Source of the DNA: Armatimonadota bacterium
GTDB taxonomy: Bacteria; Armatimonadota; Fimbriimonadia; Fimbriimonadales; Fimbriimonadaceae
Assembly: GCA_022563855.1 (NCBI GenBank)
Contig: JADFMN010000005.1
Span: forward strand, 132,623 to 196,622
Direction of reading: 5' to 3'
DNA: 64,000 bases
Shown one piece after another: positions 1 to 8,429 of this stretch; the first letter of the stretch is position 1, and each line of letters opens with the position of its first letter. Made by a program: the position numbers and the translations under genes. A model generated the notes under the pieces. The model worked only from the letters and a program-made list of their open reading frames with translations, did no database searches and had not been told where the DNA came from.

Positions 1-1
1 G

Positions 2-406
2 ATCGTCGTCGAGCCTGCCGTGATCGATCGCAAGAACATTTTGCGGGCGTCGCTGGACGGAATGGCGGACGCGCTTTGCGCGCTCAAGATCAAACCCGCG
101 AAGGCGCTAATCGACGGGAACAGATTGCCTCCGTACAATGATGCCCCCGTAGAGGCGGTTGTGAAGGGCGACGGGAAATACGCGTGCATTGCCGCAGCCT
201 CGATCTTGGCGAAGACAGAGCGCGACCGCATCATGTGCGAATACGCTCTGGAGTATCCGGAGTACGGCTTCGACCTGCACTTCGGATACGGGACTCCGGA
301 GCACCTCGACGCGCTGCGCGAGCACGGCCCGTGCCCGATCCACCGCCGCACTTTTCACCCGGTCTCCGATATGGTGAACCAACCATGCCTGATCTTCGAC
401 GAGTAG
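2..406 (+). CDS. rnhB: Ribonuclease HII, C-terminal part (5' end outside window)
   Basis: Frame is open from nt 2 (IVVEPAVIDRKNIL...). The stretch KGDGKYACIAAASILAKTERDRIM...YGFDLHFGYGTPEHLDAL matches the conserved C-terminal half of RNase HII. Confidence 0.85.
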   Translation: MVVEPAVIDRKNILRASLDGMADALCALKIKPAKALIDGNRLPPYNDAPVEAVVKGDGKYACIAAASILAKTERDRIMCEYALEYPEYGFDLHFGYGTPEHLDALREHGPCPIHRRTFHPVSDMVNQPCLIFDE

Positions 407-729
407 GCGCCGAGGCCGAAGATCGCGCGGTCGATCACCTTCTGAAGCTCGGCTACACGATCGTCACCAGACGGTTCAAATCCCGCCGAGGCGAGATCGA
501 CGTCATCGCGTTTGACGGAGAAGTGCTCGTGTTCGTCGAGGTCAAGTCGACCGGCAAGGACGACGTTGAACCGGAGCTGGCTGTTGACGAAAAGAAGCTT
601 GAGCTGATCTATGACGCCGCCGAAGAGTATCTGCGCAAGTCGTCGCACGAACCGAGGGTTACGCGATTCGACCTGATCGCCGTGACGCCGAGCGCGCTCC
701 GCCATCACAAGGACGCGTTCCGAATCTGA
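385..729 (+). CDS. yraN: YraN-family (UPF0102) endonuclease-like protein
   Basis: ATG at 385 (MPDLRRVGAEAEDRAVDHL...). GEIDVIAFDGEVLVFVEVKS and RFDLIAV are typical of the YraN family. It overlaps the rnhB end, and rnhB-yraN is a common synteny. Confidence 0.8.
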   Translation: MPDLRRVGAEAEDRAVDHLLKLGYTIVTRRFKSRRGEIDVIAFDGEVLVFVEVKSTGKDDVEPELAVDEKKLELIYDAAEEYLRKSSHEPRVTRFDLIAVTPSALRHHKDAFRI

Positions 730-734
730 AGGTT

Positions 735-760
735 GGGAGGGCGAGCGTCCTCGCAAGCCG
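735..760 (+). repeat. 26-nt dispersed imperfect-palindrome motif, copy A (GGGAGGGCGAGCGTCCTCGCAAGCCG)
   Basis: Matches 60460-60485 (+) and the reverse complement of 60618-60643 at 24/26 each (my count). The first 15 nt also match the reverse complement of 59096-59110. Confidence 0.8.
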
Positions 761-949
761 ATTCGGAGCGCGGACCTTTTGTCCGCACCCCGGCCCCTGG
801 ACTCTTAGTCCTGGGCTAGCAACGGTCTTGCTTACTGATTTCCAATGGTTCATGCAGCGCCGCACCGAATGCTCACGGGCTGTCGCGCCGTTCGCAGAGC
901 AGGTCTTGAGACCTGCGCCACAATGGGGTGCGGGCCAAACGCCCGCGCT

Positions 950-1016
950 CCGACTCCCGAACTTCCGGACCAACCCGAACAACCCCGAACTCCCGAACCC
1001 CAAAACCGCAACCCGC
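950..1016 (+). repeat. C-rich CCCGAAC-type low-complexity tract
   Basis: ctccgactcccgaacttccggaccaacccgaacaaccccgaactcccgaaccccaaaaccgcaacccgc. Related to the longer tract at 59121-59210 (shared caacccgaac, tcccgaac units). Confidence 0.75.
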
Positions 1017-1028
1017 TAAACTAGGCCG

Positions 1029-2498
1029 ATGCAGGCACGGCGGGACTGGCGGACATGGGCGCTTGTGCTTGCTTGCGTCTTGCCGTTCGTCGGATTCTGG
1101 TCGACCGGCCTGACCGATCTCGACGAAGGGTTCTACAGCGCGGTCGTCAACGACATGATGCTCCGGGGGGACTGGATCACGCCGACGATCAACGGCGCGG
1201 CGTGGTTCGAGAAGCCGATTCTTCTCTACTGGCTGACGATCCCCGCTATCACCTTTTTCGGCGACACGGTCGGGCCCCGTTTGCCCTCGGTGCTCTGCAC
1301 TCTGGCGACGGCGTTCGTTCTGTTCCGTTTCTTGCGGCGGTACTTTTCGCTGGACGTCGCGCGGCTGGCTGCTGCTGCGTACTGCGGTTCGCTTCTGGTG
1401 GTGGGGCTCGGGCGGCTGTTGATGACCGACGCGCCGTTCGTGCTCGCGCTGGTGATTGCGTTCACGACGTTCTGGGACTCGTTGAACGGGAACCCGAAGA
1501 TGCGGACGTGGACTGCGGTCGCGCTGGGGTTTGCAGTGCTCGCGAAGGGGCCGGTCGCGGGGCTTCTGTTCCTGATCGTGGCGGGTTTCGTCTATTGGCG
1601 GATGCGGGAATTGAGGCCGAACTTCAAGGGGCACTGGCTCGCCGGATCTGCGCTGTTCGTGCTCGTCGTGGGCGCGTGGTACGTGCCGTGCTATCTGGTG
1701 AACGGCGACGTGTTCGTCCAGCAGTTCCTGATCGAGCAGAACATCGGTCGGTTCCAAGGAACTGACCTCGCGCACCAAGTCCCGTGGTGGTCGCACCCGA
1801 TCTACTTCCCGGTGATCTTGTTCCTCGCGCTGATGCCGTGGTCGCTGTGGGCGATGCGCGCGAAGTGGTTTCAGCGGCCCGAGGATCCACTGCGCCGCTA
1901 TCTATGGATATGGGCGCTCGTGCCGCTCGGGTTCTTCACCGTCAGCCTGACGAAGCTGCCGCACTACATCCTCCCGTCCGTCGCACCTCTGTTGATCATC
2001 ACGCTGCTCGCGGTCTCGGAAAGAAGGGCGGAGAAGGGGCAGTACGACATGTGGCTGAGATGCGCGTTGATCTGGTCAGTGCTGGTCGGCGTATTTGCGA
2101 CGACGGTGTTCCATCTCGACTACCAGATGCGGTTTGCCGAAGTGCACGTCATCGCACAGTACGTCCGCGATCAAGAGGGCAGCGTCGCCATCTTCCGCAC
2201 AGGCAGAACGGACAGCGACGTCGCGATCTCGCTCGATATAGACGAGTCGCCGCCGTACTCCGTCTACCACTACCTCAAGAGGCCGGCCGAGATGACGGAC
2301 GACCTCGGCGACGTGCTGCAGATGGAGTACCCGGTCTGGGTGATCACGCGGCGCGGGCGGATTTCAGACGACGACATCATCCTTGCCATAGAGATGGGTT
2401 ACGCTCTGAGCCGCCCGGAGACGCCGTTCGAGCAGAACCAGTTTCAGCTGTGGAAGGTCGAACCCCTAGATCGGTTCACAGACTTCGAACCGCGCTAG
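1029..2498 (+). CDS. Glycosyltransferase family 39 / ArnT-like polytopic membrane protein
   Basis: 489 aa with many hydrophobic segments. The N-terminal DEGFYSAVVNDMMLRGDWITPTINGAAWFEKPILLYWL resembles the PMT/ArnT (GT-C) signature loop. Confidence 0.7.
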   Translation: MQARRDWRTWALVLACVLPFVGFWSTGLTDLDEGFYSAVVNDMMLRGDWITPTINGAAWFEKPILLYWLTIPAITFFGDTVGPRLPSVLCTLATAFVLFRFLRRYFSLDVARLAAAAYCGSLLVVGLGRLLMTDAPFVLALVIAFTTFWDSLNGNPKMRTWTAVALGFAVLAKGPVAGLLFLIVAGFVYWRMRELRPNFKGHWLAGSALFVLVVGAWYVPCYLVNGDVFVQQFLIEQNIGRFQGTDLAHQVPWWSHPIYFPVILFLALMPWSLWAMRAKWFQRPEDPLRRYLWIWALVPLGFFTVSLTKLPHYILPSVAPLLIITLLAVSERRAEKGQYDMWLRCALIWSVLVGVFATTVFHLDYQMRFAEVHVIAQYVRDQEGSVAIFRTGRTDSDVAISLDIDESPPYSVYHYLKRPAEMTDDLGDVLQMEYPVWVITRRGRISDDDIILAIEMGYALSRPETPFEQNQFQLWKVEPLDRFTDFEPR

Positions 2499-2500
2499 CC

Positions 2501-3097
2501 TTACGAATCGTCTTCGACGAGTTTCAGAGAGATATTCCCGACACCTTCCATGTCCCACTCGCTGCTGACAAGGAGACCCCGGGTGATATTGAAGACCGAT
2601 TGTTGCTTGAGTTCGGAAGCACCTACGAACGGGATTGTCAGGGCACCCTCAAAGGTAAAGTGAGCCACCTTTCCTTTGCGTTCATCGATCTTTTCGAGCT
2701 TTCCGCGCAGATCGATTCTAGCGTCGCTGAATGCATAGGCGACCTTGAACTCCTCGCCTACTTTCACCGCTTCTTCGGGCAGGTGCATTTGTGCCAGAAA
2801 CAGGTTGACCGCGCCTGTCGATTTGCCGATCAACCGTCCTCGTTTGCTGATCGAGGACGACCCTGCCGGAAGGGGGCTTGTGTCGCCACTGAACGCGACC
2901 TCAGCCCAAGTTACGGTGAAGGCCTTCTCGTCCGCCTTTGTGACAGTGATCGTCATGAGACCGTCGCCGTCGTAGGAGCGCGTCTTCATGCCCACGATGT
3001 AAGTGAACTTGTCGCCCAGCTTCCACCCAAGCTGGAAGTCGATCTTGTCCTGAACCGAGGAGCCCAGGATTGCGACACAGGCTAATGCAGTGATCAT
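2501..3097 (-). CDS. Hypothetical exported protein
   Basis: 198-aa ORF with an N-terminal hydrophobic signal-like segment (MITALACVAILGSS). No family recognised. Lies between two copies of a duplicated junction (see findings). Confidence 0.55.
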   Translation of the reverse strand: MITALACVAILGSSVQDKIDFQLGWKLGDKFTYIVGMKTRSYDGDGLMTITVTKADEKAFTVTWAEVAFSGDTSPLPAGSSSISKRGRLIGKSTGAVNLFLAQMHLPEEAVKVGEEFKVAYAFSDARIDLRGKLEKIDERKGKVAHFTFEGALTIPFVGASELKQQSVFNITRGLLVSSEWDMEGVGNISLKLVEDDS

Positions 3098-3138
3098 CGT
3101 CTTGCTCCCTCTGTCGTCAGTCTATCACCACGGCAAAC

Positions 3139-3215
3139 CGCCGTTCGAGCGGAACTGTTTTCAACTGTACAAAGTAGAGCTGATAGATCGGTTAACGGAC
3201 TTTGAACCGCGTTGA
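3139..3215 (+). repeat. Degenerate duplicate of the 3' end of the GT39 gene (relic, in-frame stop retained)
   Basis: Ungapped alignment with 2422-2498 gives 58/77 identities (my count). It translates PPFERNCFQLYKVELIDRLTDFEPR* versus the gene's TPFEQNQFQLWKVEPLDRFTDFEPR*. Confidence 0.85.
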
Positions 3216-3244
3216 CTACAGCCGAACGTACGGTCGGATTCTCG
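3216..3244 (-). repeat. Degenerate duplicate of the 3' end of comEA (relic)
   Basis: ctacagccgaacgtacggtcggattctcg versus 4015-4043 ctacagccgaatatacggccgaatcttgg, 22/29 identical and ungapped. It directly abuts the GT39-end relic. Confidence 0.75.
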
Positions 3245-3276
3245 TCGCCCGGCGAAGCCTGTGCGGGCAGTTGCTG

Positions 3277-3945
3277 CTACGTCGCCGTTTCGTCAGGGTC
3301 AGTCGTTGGATAGAGCGTGTGGAGCGTGATTTCTCCCTTGTACCGGTCGCCTTCGTCCTCGCATTCCTCGAACTGCAGGTCGATCGGCTCTTCGTCGGTT
3401 ATCGAGTAGATCTCGGTCGCGCAACGAACGAGGAGATCCGTCAGGTGGTCCGCGTCGATTGTGACGGGCCACTCTAACATCTGGCTCCCTTCGCCTGCGC
3501 TGATGCCTTCGATTTCGTAGTCGAGAGACGGCTCGATCCCCATCTCTTCGAAGAAGGCCCGGGCGTGCACTTCTCGTCCTGGCTCTGCGGATCGACTGAT
3601 GCACAGAGTGATGGAAACGTTGTCTTCTTTCTTTTGGATCAGGAGCCCCTTCTCCCCATCTGTCGAAGAGATTGACACACTCGAATACCAGTTCTCCGAT
3701 TCGAGCAGCCGCTTCACATACGGCCCGAGATTCCGAAGCCCGTTGCGCTCGTAGCGGTCGGGGGGCGGATTGTGTTTCCAGCCACTTGCCAGCACCTTTC
3801 CTCTCGAATCCGTTACGACCTCGAACTCCCAGTTGGGCCCAGGACACTGGGCCAGCTCCTCGGCGAACCTCTCGTGCAAGTCGTCTGTCTCTTGGACCAA
3901 TCGCTTCATGCGAGCGGCCTTGCCGAACATGCCGAATAGACCCAT
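3277..3945 (-). CDS. Hypothetical cytoplasmic protein with acidic C-terminus
   Basis: 222-aa ORF with no signal peptide and no recognised family. Coding-like composition. Confidence 0.5.
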   Translation of the reverse strand: MGLFGMFGKAARMKRLVQETDDLHERFAEELAQCPGPNWEFEVVTDSRGKVLASGWKHNPPPDRYERNGLRNLGPYVKRLLESENWYSSVSISSTDGEKGLLIQKKEDNVSITLCISRSAEPGREVHARAFFEEMGIEPSLDYEIEGISAGEGSQMLEWPVTIDADHLTDLLVRCATEIYSITDEEPIDLQFEECEDEGDRYKGEITLHTLYPTTDPDETAT

Positions 3946-4014
3946 AACTCAGTGATAGTATGGGTCAGAGCGAGCGATCAGTGCTCATCCTGCGAAGACT
4001 GCCACCATCGTTAA

Positions 4015-4653
4015 CTACAGCCGAATATACGGCCGAATCTTGGCCAGCGTCTTCGGGCCGATGCCCTTGACCTTCACCAGCTCGTCGATGGATTTGAACT
4101 TCCCGACGCGCTCGCGGTACGCGATAATCCTGCCCGCATACGCCGGGCCGATTCCTGGGAGCAGATCCAGCTCCGCCGCCGACGCTTCGTTGATAGAGAT
4201 CGAGGCGAGCGGGATGTCCGGCTTCTTGGCAGCACCCGCAGTCGAGCCACCACCCGAAAGCCCGTACCAGCCGAGGTCGACCGGCACGTCGATCGTCGGC
4301 ACGATCAGCTTGCTGTCGGCGACCAGAACCGCCGCGCGATTGAGCAGCGTCAGATCAGCGTCTTCCGTCGTGCCGCCCGCCGCTTTCAGGGCGTCCACGA
4401 CGCGCAGCCCGGGGTCGAACTGGTAGACGCCGGGGTTCTTTACTTCGCCGGAGATGTCGATGACGAGCTGTCCGCTCTCCAAGCTCGAGGGGTCGATCGT
4501 CTGCGCGCTGAAGCTCCCGCCGTCAGACGTATAAAGCTGGAACGGCTTCGGTTTCTGGAGGTAGTTGTAGCCGATCGAGCCGACCGTGATAGAAGCGATG
4601 ACGGCTGCGACGCCGATACCGATATTTCTGCGCTTGTCCTGCGACCGGAACAT
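4015..4653 (-). CDS. comEA: ComEA-family DNA-binding protein (SLBB + helix-hairpin-helix)
   Basis: N-terminal TM segment. C-terminal INEASAAELDLLPGIGPAYAGRIIAYRERVGKFKSIDELVKVKGIGPKTLAKI is the tandem HhH motif of ComEA. Confidence 0.85.
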   Translation of the reverse strand: MFRSQDKRRNIGIGVAAVIASITVGSIGYNYLQKPKPFQLYTSDGGSFSAQTIDPSSLESGQLVIDISGEVKNPGVYQFDPGLRVVDALKAAGGTTEDADLTLLNRAAVLVADSKLIVPTIDVPVDLGWYGLSGGGSTAGAAKKPDIPLASISINEASAAELDLLPGIGPAYAGRIIAYRERVGKFKSIDELVKVKGIGPKTLAKIRPYIRL

Positions 4654-4785
4654 CTAGTGGCCTCTCGATGAGCGGGTATTTCATCGCCAGTATGCCCGTA
4701 TACGCTCGAACTGTCAAACGCCGCTACCCCCGGGGAGTGCTATCGCAGACCTCCAGACGAGTTTCCCGTCGGCCAGCCGCTGGAC

Positions 4786-5706
4786 TCAATTCTTCTTCTG
4801 CCGGAGTGGGAAGCAGGGGTCTTGATCGTCATCTTCGTTATCCGTAAGCCGCGTAACTCCTGTGCCGTCCGCGTTCATCACGTAGATCTCTTTCCTGAAG
4901 AACTCGTTCTCGGCGTCACGCTTGGAAACAAACGTGATCTTCGAGCCGTCCGGGCTGAAGGCAGGGCTGTGATCCTCAGCGACGTTGTTCGTCAGTCGCG
5001 TCTGGCCCGTGCCGTCCGCATTCATGACGTATATCTCGTCGTTGCCGTCGCGGTCAGACCGAAACACGATCTTCGACCCGTCAGGGCTGAACGCGGGGCT
5101 TCGATCCTCGGCGGCGTTGTTCGTCAGATTCGTCCTTCCCGAGCCGTCTGCGTTCATGACGTAAATGTCAGTGGTGCGGTCTTGGATGGACCAATACGTG
5201 ATCTTCGACCCGTCTGGGCTGAACGCAGGGCCAAAATCGAATGCCGCGTCGTTCGTCAGGTTCGTCTGCCCTGTGCCGTCGGCGCTCATGACGTATATAT
5301 CAAAGACAGACTCGCTGGAGGACACATACGCGATCTTCGAGCCGTCCGGGCTGAACGCAGGCTCGTGCTCGTCAGCCTCAGTGTTCGTCAGCCGCGTCAC
5401 TCCGGAACCGTCCGCGTTCATGACGTAGATATCAAAGATAAATTGGCCGACTCTGTTAGACGTAAACGCGATCCTCGACCCGTCAGGGCTGAACGCAGGA
5501 GTGCTGTCCCACGCCGAGTCATTTGTCAGCCGCGTCTGTTCGGAGCCGTCCACGTTCATGACGTAGATTTCCCAGTTGCGGTCGCGGTGGGACTGAAACA
5601 CGATCTTGGTTTCTGCCTCAACACCTCCGCCGACGTCGCCACGGCCGCCCCCTTGCAGCGAGGGGACCGCCAGGACAACCACGGCCAAAGCACAGAGCCT
5701 CTTCAT
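4786..5706 (-). CDS. TolB-like PD40 beta-propeller repeat protein (exported)
   Basis: Six or more repeats of FSPDGSKI(A/T/V)F.S.R....IYVMNADG(S/T)G.T.LTN. Signal peptide MKRLCALAVVVLAVPS. Confidence 0.85.
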   Translation of the reverse strand: MKRLCALAVVVLAVPSLQGGGRGDVGGGVEAETKIVFQSHRDRNWEIYVMNVDGSEQTRLTNDSAWDSTPAFSPDGSRIAFTSNRVGQFIFDIYVMNADGSGVTRLTNTEADEHEPAFSPDGSKIAYVSSSESVFDIYVMSADGTGQTNLTNDAAFDFGPAFSPDGSKITYWSIQDRTTDIYVMNADGSGRTNLTNNAAEDRSPAFSPDGSKIVFRSDRDGNDEIYVMNADGTGQTRLTNNVAEDHSPAFSPDGSKITFVSKRDAENEFFRKEIYVMNADGTGVTRLTDNEDDDQDPCFPLRQKKN

Positions 5707-5833
5707 CGGTCAATCCTCTCTCGCCCAGCCTCCGTTGCCTGAGCCCTGGAGGCATGGCGTCCTCAAACTTTACCCGGCAACACTCGTGCGTCACCACGAA
5801 GTCAGGTTCCAACAGCCCGGCCAGCCGCCTTAC

Positions 5834-6916
5834 TCACTTCTTCTTCTGACGGAGCGGGAAGGAGGGCGAGCCATCGAAAGCCGCGTCGTTCGTCAGCCGC
5901 ATCACTCCTGTTCCGTCCGTGTTCATGATGTAGATCTCATAGTTGCCGTCCCGTTCGGACACGAACGCGATTTTCGACCCATCGGGACTGAACACTGGTC
6001 CCGTATCGCCGGCCAGGTTGTTCGTCAGATTTGTCTGCTGTGAGCCATCAGCGTTCATGATGTAGATCTCGTGGTTGCCATCGCGCATGGAGTGGAACGC
6101 GATCTTCGACCCGTCCGGGCTGAACTCTGTGCGCACGTCATTGCCCGGGCTGTTCGTCAACCGCGTCAGTTCAGTGCCGTCCGTGTTGACGGTGTAAAGG
6201 TCGTAGCTTCCCCAGTCCCCGGCCACAAATCCGATCTTCGACCCGTCCGGGCTGAACGTTGGATAGACGGCGTGAGCGTCGATGTCGGTCATTTGCTCGA
6301 CACCTGTACCATCCGTGTTCATGATGTAAATCTCCCGGTTCCCGCCGCGTTTCGATGTGAAAGTGATCTTCGACCCGTCCGGGCTGAAGTCATAGGGGTA
6401 ATCCCCGTCCACGATGTCTGTCAGCCGCGCGAGTCCCGTACCGTCTGTGTTCACGATATAGATCTCCGGGTTGCCATCGCGGCGGGATCCAAAGGCGATC
6501 TTTGATCCGTCGGGACTGAAGATTGGGAGATAGTCGAAGGCCCTGCTGATCGTCACCCGCTCCAGTTCGGTGCCGTCCACGTCCATGATGTAGATACCAC
6601 CGCCGCGTTCAGAGAGGAACGCGATCTTCGATCCGTCAGGGCTGAACGCAATCTGGGACTCGCGGGACCGACTGTTCGACACGTTTGTCTGCCCTGTGCC
6701 GTCGGCGTTCATGACGTAGATCTCGCCGTCTCTCACCCACACGATCTCGGTTCCTGCCTCCTCACCGCCGTCGACGTCGCGGCCGGGCACAGACGCTGTC
6801 TTGGTTTTCGCCTCCCTGCCACCTTGGGCGTCGTCACTGCCGCTGAACGCGAAAAAGAGCAGCAAGGTCACGATCGCGGTCAGGACGACCACGAGCAGAC
6901 CAGATTGCTTGTTCAT
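5834..6916 (-). CDS. TolB-like PD40 beta-propeller repeat protein (exported), tandem paralogue
   Basis: Same FSPDGSKIAF...EIYIMN(T/A)DGTG repeats. The C-terminus FPLRQKKK matches the neighbour's FPLRQKKN. Confidence 0.85.
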   Translation of the reverse strand: MNKQSGLLVVVLTAIVTLLLFFAFSGSDDAQGGREAKTKTASVPGRDVDGGEEAGTEIVWVRDGEIYVMNADGTGQTNVSNSRSRESQIAFSPDGSKIAFLSERGGGIYIMDVDGTELERVTISRAFDYLPIFSPDGSKIAFGSRRDGNPEIYIVNTDGTGLARLTDIVDGDYPYDFSPDGSKITFTSKRGGNREIYIMNTDGTGVEQMTDIDAHAVYPTFSPDGSKIGFVAGDWGSYDLYTVNTDGTELTRLTNSPGNDVRTEFSPDGSKIAFHSMRDGNHEIYIMNADGSQQTNLTNNLAGDTGPVFSPDGSKIAFVSERDGNYEIYIMNTDGTGVMRLTNDAAFDGSPSFPLRQKKK

Positions 6917-7208
6917 CGTTCACTCCTCTCTTGCCCAGCCTCCGCAGACTGAGGCCGGGAGACACAGCGTTCTCTCAGTGTACCAGCGAGCAATCGCGCG
7001 GCGGCGTTCCGCAAGAGGTATGTTGCGTAGTTGATCTGGCACGTGTCGAACGCAGCATCAGAGTGACAAACATAGTCTGCCATTTGATTCTCTCCATCCC
7101 CTGAGGCCTCCCGATTCCCCTAGATTTGAACCTGAAGTGGTCGCTGCTGGCACTCTGTTGCAGGTTTCTTCGGTACTTGCTGTCGTGCCTTAGGGCTAAA
7201 CTGTTCTC

Positions 7209-7532
7209 ATGAGCATGGACGATTCACCGCCGATTGTCGATCAACTCAGTGGTACCCGGACCCTCTCCCTCGTTGCCGAAGGAGAGTCGGTGACGATGAC
7301 GCTCATGGACGGCGACCAGACCATCGCGAAGATCGGCAGGGCAGACCGCCACGAACTAAGGTCTGTGTTCGTTGCCGGCGCCACGATCGTGCCGTTCGTC
7401 GAAGGCGCCGTGGTCGGCTTCCGCATGCAGTCGGACAGCGCTACGGTCAGGTTCAGCAAAGATGCCGGCGTGCTGGCGGCGTTCGACGCATCCGAGGTCC
7501 GGGCCGCTATATTCCCCGAGGACTCGTACTAG
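7209..7532 (+). CDS. Hypothetical protein
   Basis: 107-aa ORF in an otherwise unoccupied interval. No family recognised. Confidence 0.4.
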   Translation: MSMDDSPPIVDQLSGTRTLSLVAEGESVTMTLMDGDQTIAKIGRADRHELRSVFVAGATIVPFVEGAVVGFRMQSDSATVRFSKDAGVLAAFDASEVRAAIFPEDSY

Positions 7533-7565
7533 CTCGAGCGTCATCGCAGCCTGAGCAGAAAACCG

Positions 7566-7973
7566 CTAGTCTGTAACTAGCTGGCCTCGGTCGTTCTGAA
7601 TCTGCACGACCAGCCAATGGCCTACGTAGCCCAGGACGTACCCTGCAACCACCGACGCGAGAACGACCGCCCAATACTGGAGCGTGAACGCCTCAGCTTC
7701 GAGCAGCCTGGGGAAGAGCGCCACGGCGAAGACCGCTGACAGCACGCCCGCGCAGTTGCGGTCGGCGAACCGCCACCAGTGCGTCGCGAGCGCCCACATC
7801 GCGCCGCCGTCGATGATGCCGACCCCCATGACGAGCAGGCGCACCCACATCTCCGCGTGAGCAAGTTGGTCGAACGCTAGCCACGCGTAGAAGAAGATCA
7901 CCGGCACGACGCACGTCACGCAGGCCACCGTGGACCGCAGCAAGTACTCGCCGTCGAGCCAGCTCTTAGCCAT
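7566..7973 (-). CDS. Hypothetical integral membrane protein
   Basis: 135 aa with about four hydrophobic helices (VACVTCVVPVIFFYAWLAF, LLVMGVGIIDGGAMWALA, ...). Confidence 0.5.
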   Translation of the reverse strand: MAKSWLDGEYLLRSTVACVTCVVPVIFFYAWLAFDQLAHAEMWVRLLVMGVGIIDGGAMWALATHWWRFADRNCAGVLSAVFAVALFPRLLEAEAFTLQYWAVVLASVVAGYVLGYVGHWLVVQIQNDRGQLVTD

Positions 7974-8030
7974 ACAACTATTATCCGTCGGTTTTGCCGA
8001 GTTCGCGGCCTGTTGCTGTAAGCTGGTCGT

Positions 8031-8429
8031 ATGGGAAGGATCAACATGGGGCCGCTTGCTACTGTAGTCTGCCTAACGATCGCAGGGTGTGGCGACCGAG
8101 CTGATCCACCGATCGCCGGGGTTGAGCAGGGGAAGACAGAGGTGTCCGAAAGGGGTACACCGTTCGCCCCAGCGGAGCTCGATTGGGAGTTCGCCGTTTG
8201 GATATGTTGGGTCGACGGTCGAGAAGCCTGGCAAGTCTATGATCTGCTCAATGAGAGCGGCATCTCAGTCCGCGCAGGTGATCCACATCTCGGCATGGAA
8301 GGAATTGGTGTTTTCGAAAGGGATGTGGACAGAGCCTTCGAGATCGTAAAAAAGGACAGCGCGGAGAAGGGGTACGCAGTGGTAATGCACGGGTCAGTAC
8401 TGCAGGCTGACAGGGACTCGTCGCATTAG
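8031..8429 (+). CDS. Hypothetical lipoprotein
   Basis: Lipobox-like LTIAGC after a hydrophobic N-terminus. An alternative ATG lies at 8046. Confidence 0.45.
   Translation: MGRINMGPLATVVCLTIAGCGDRADPPIAGVEQGKTEVSERGTPFAPAELDWEFAVWICWVDGREAWQVYDLLNESGISVRAGDPHLGMEGIGVFERDVDRAFEIVKKDSAEKGYAVVMHGSVLQADRDSSH

Noticed and set aside
770-786. Rho-independent terminator of yraN
   Set aside because: It is a 6-bp GC stem with no following T-run. It is reported only as one of several hairpins in the region.
873-1796. 307-aa minus-strand ORF overlapping the intergenic repeats and the GT39 gene
   Set aside because: It is an Arg/Pro/Glu-rich low-complexity translation typical of antisense frames in GC-rich DNA. 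The plus-strand GT39 reading has clear membrane-protein character.
1784-3085. 433-aa plus-strand ORF spanning the GT39 3' half and the antisense of 2501-3097
   Set aside because: It is out of frame with and overlaps two better-supported genes. Arg-rich nonsense composition.
4822-5742. 306-aa plus-strand ORF, mirror image of the PD40 gene (a similar one at 6071-6505)
   Set aside because: It is the antisense frame of a repeat-containing gene. Its repeats (VRAERR...) are just the complement of FSPDGSK codons.
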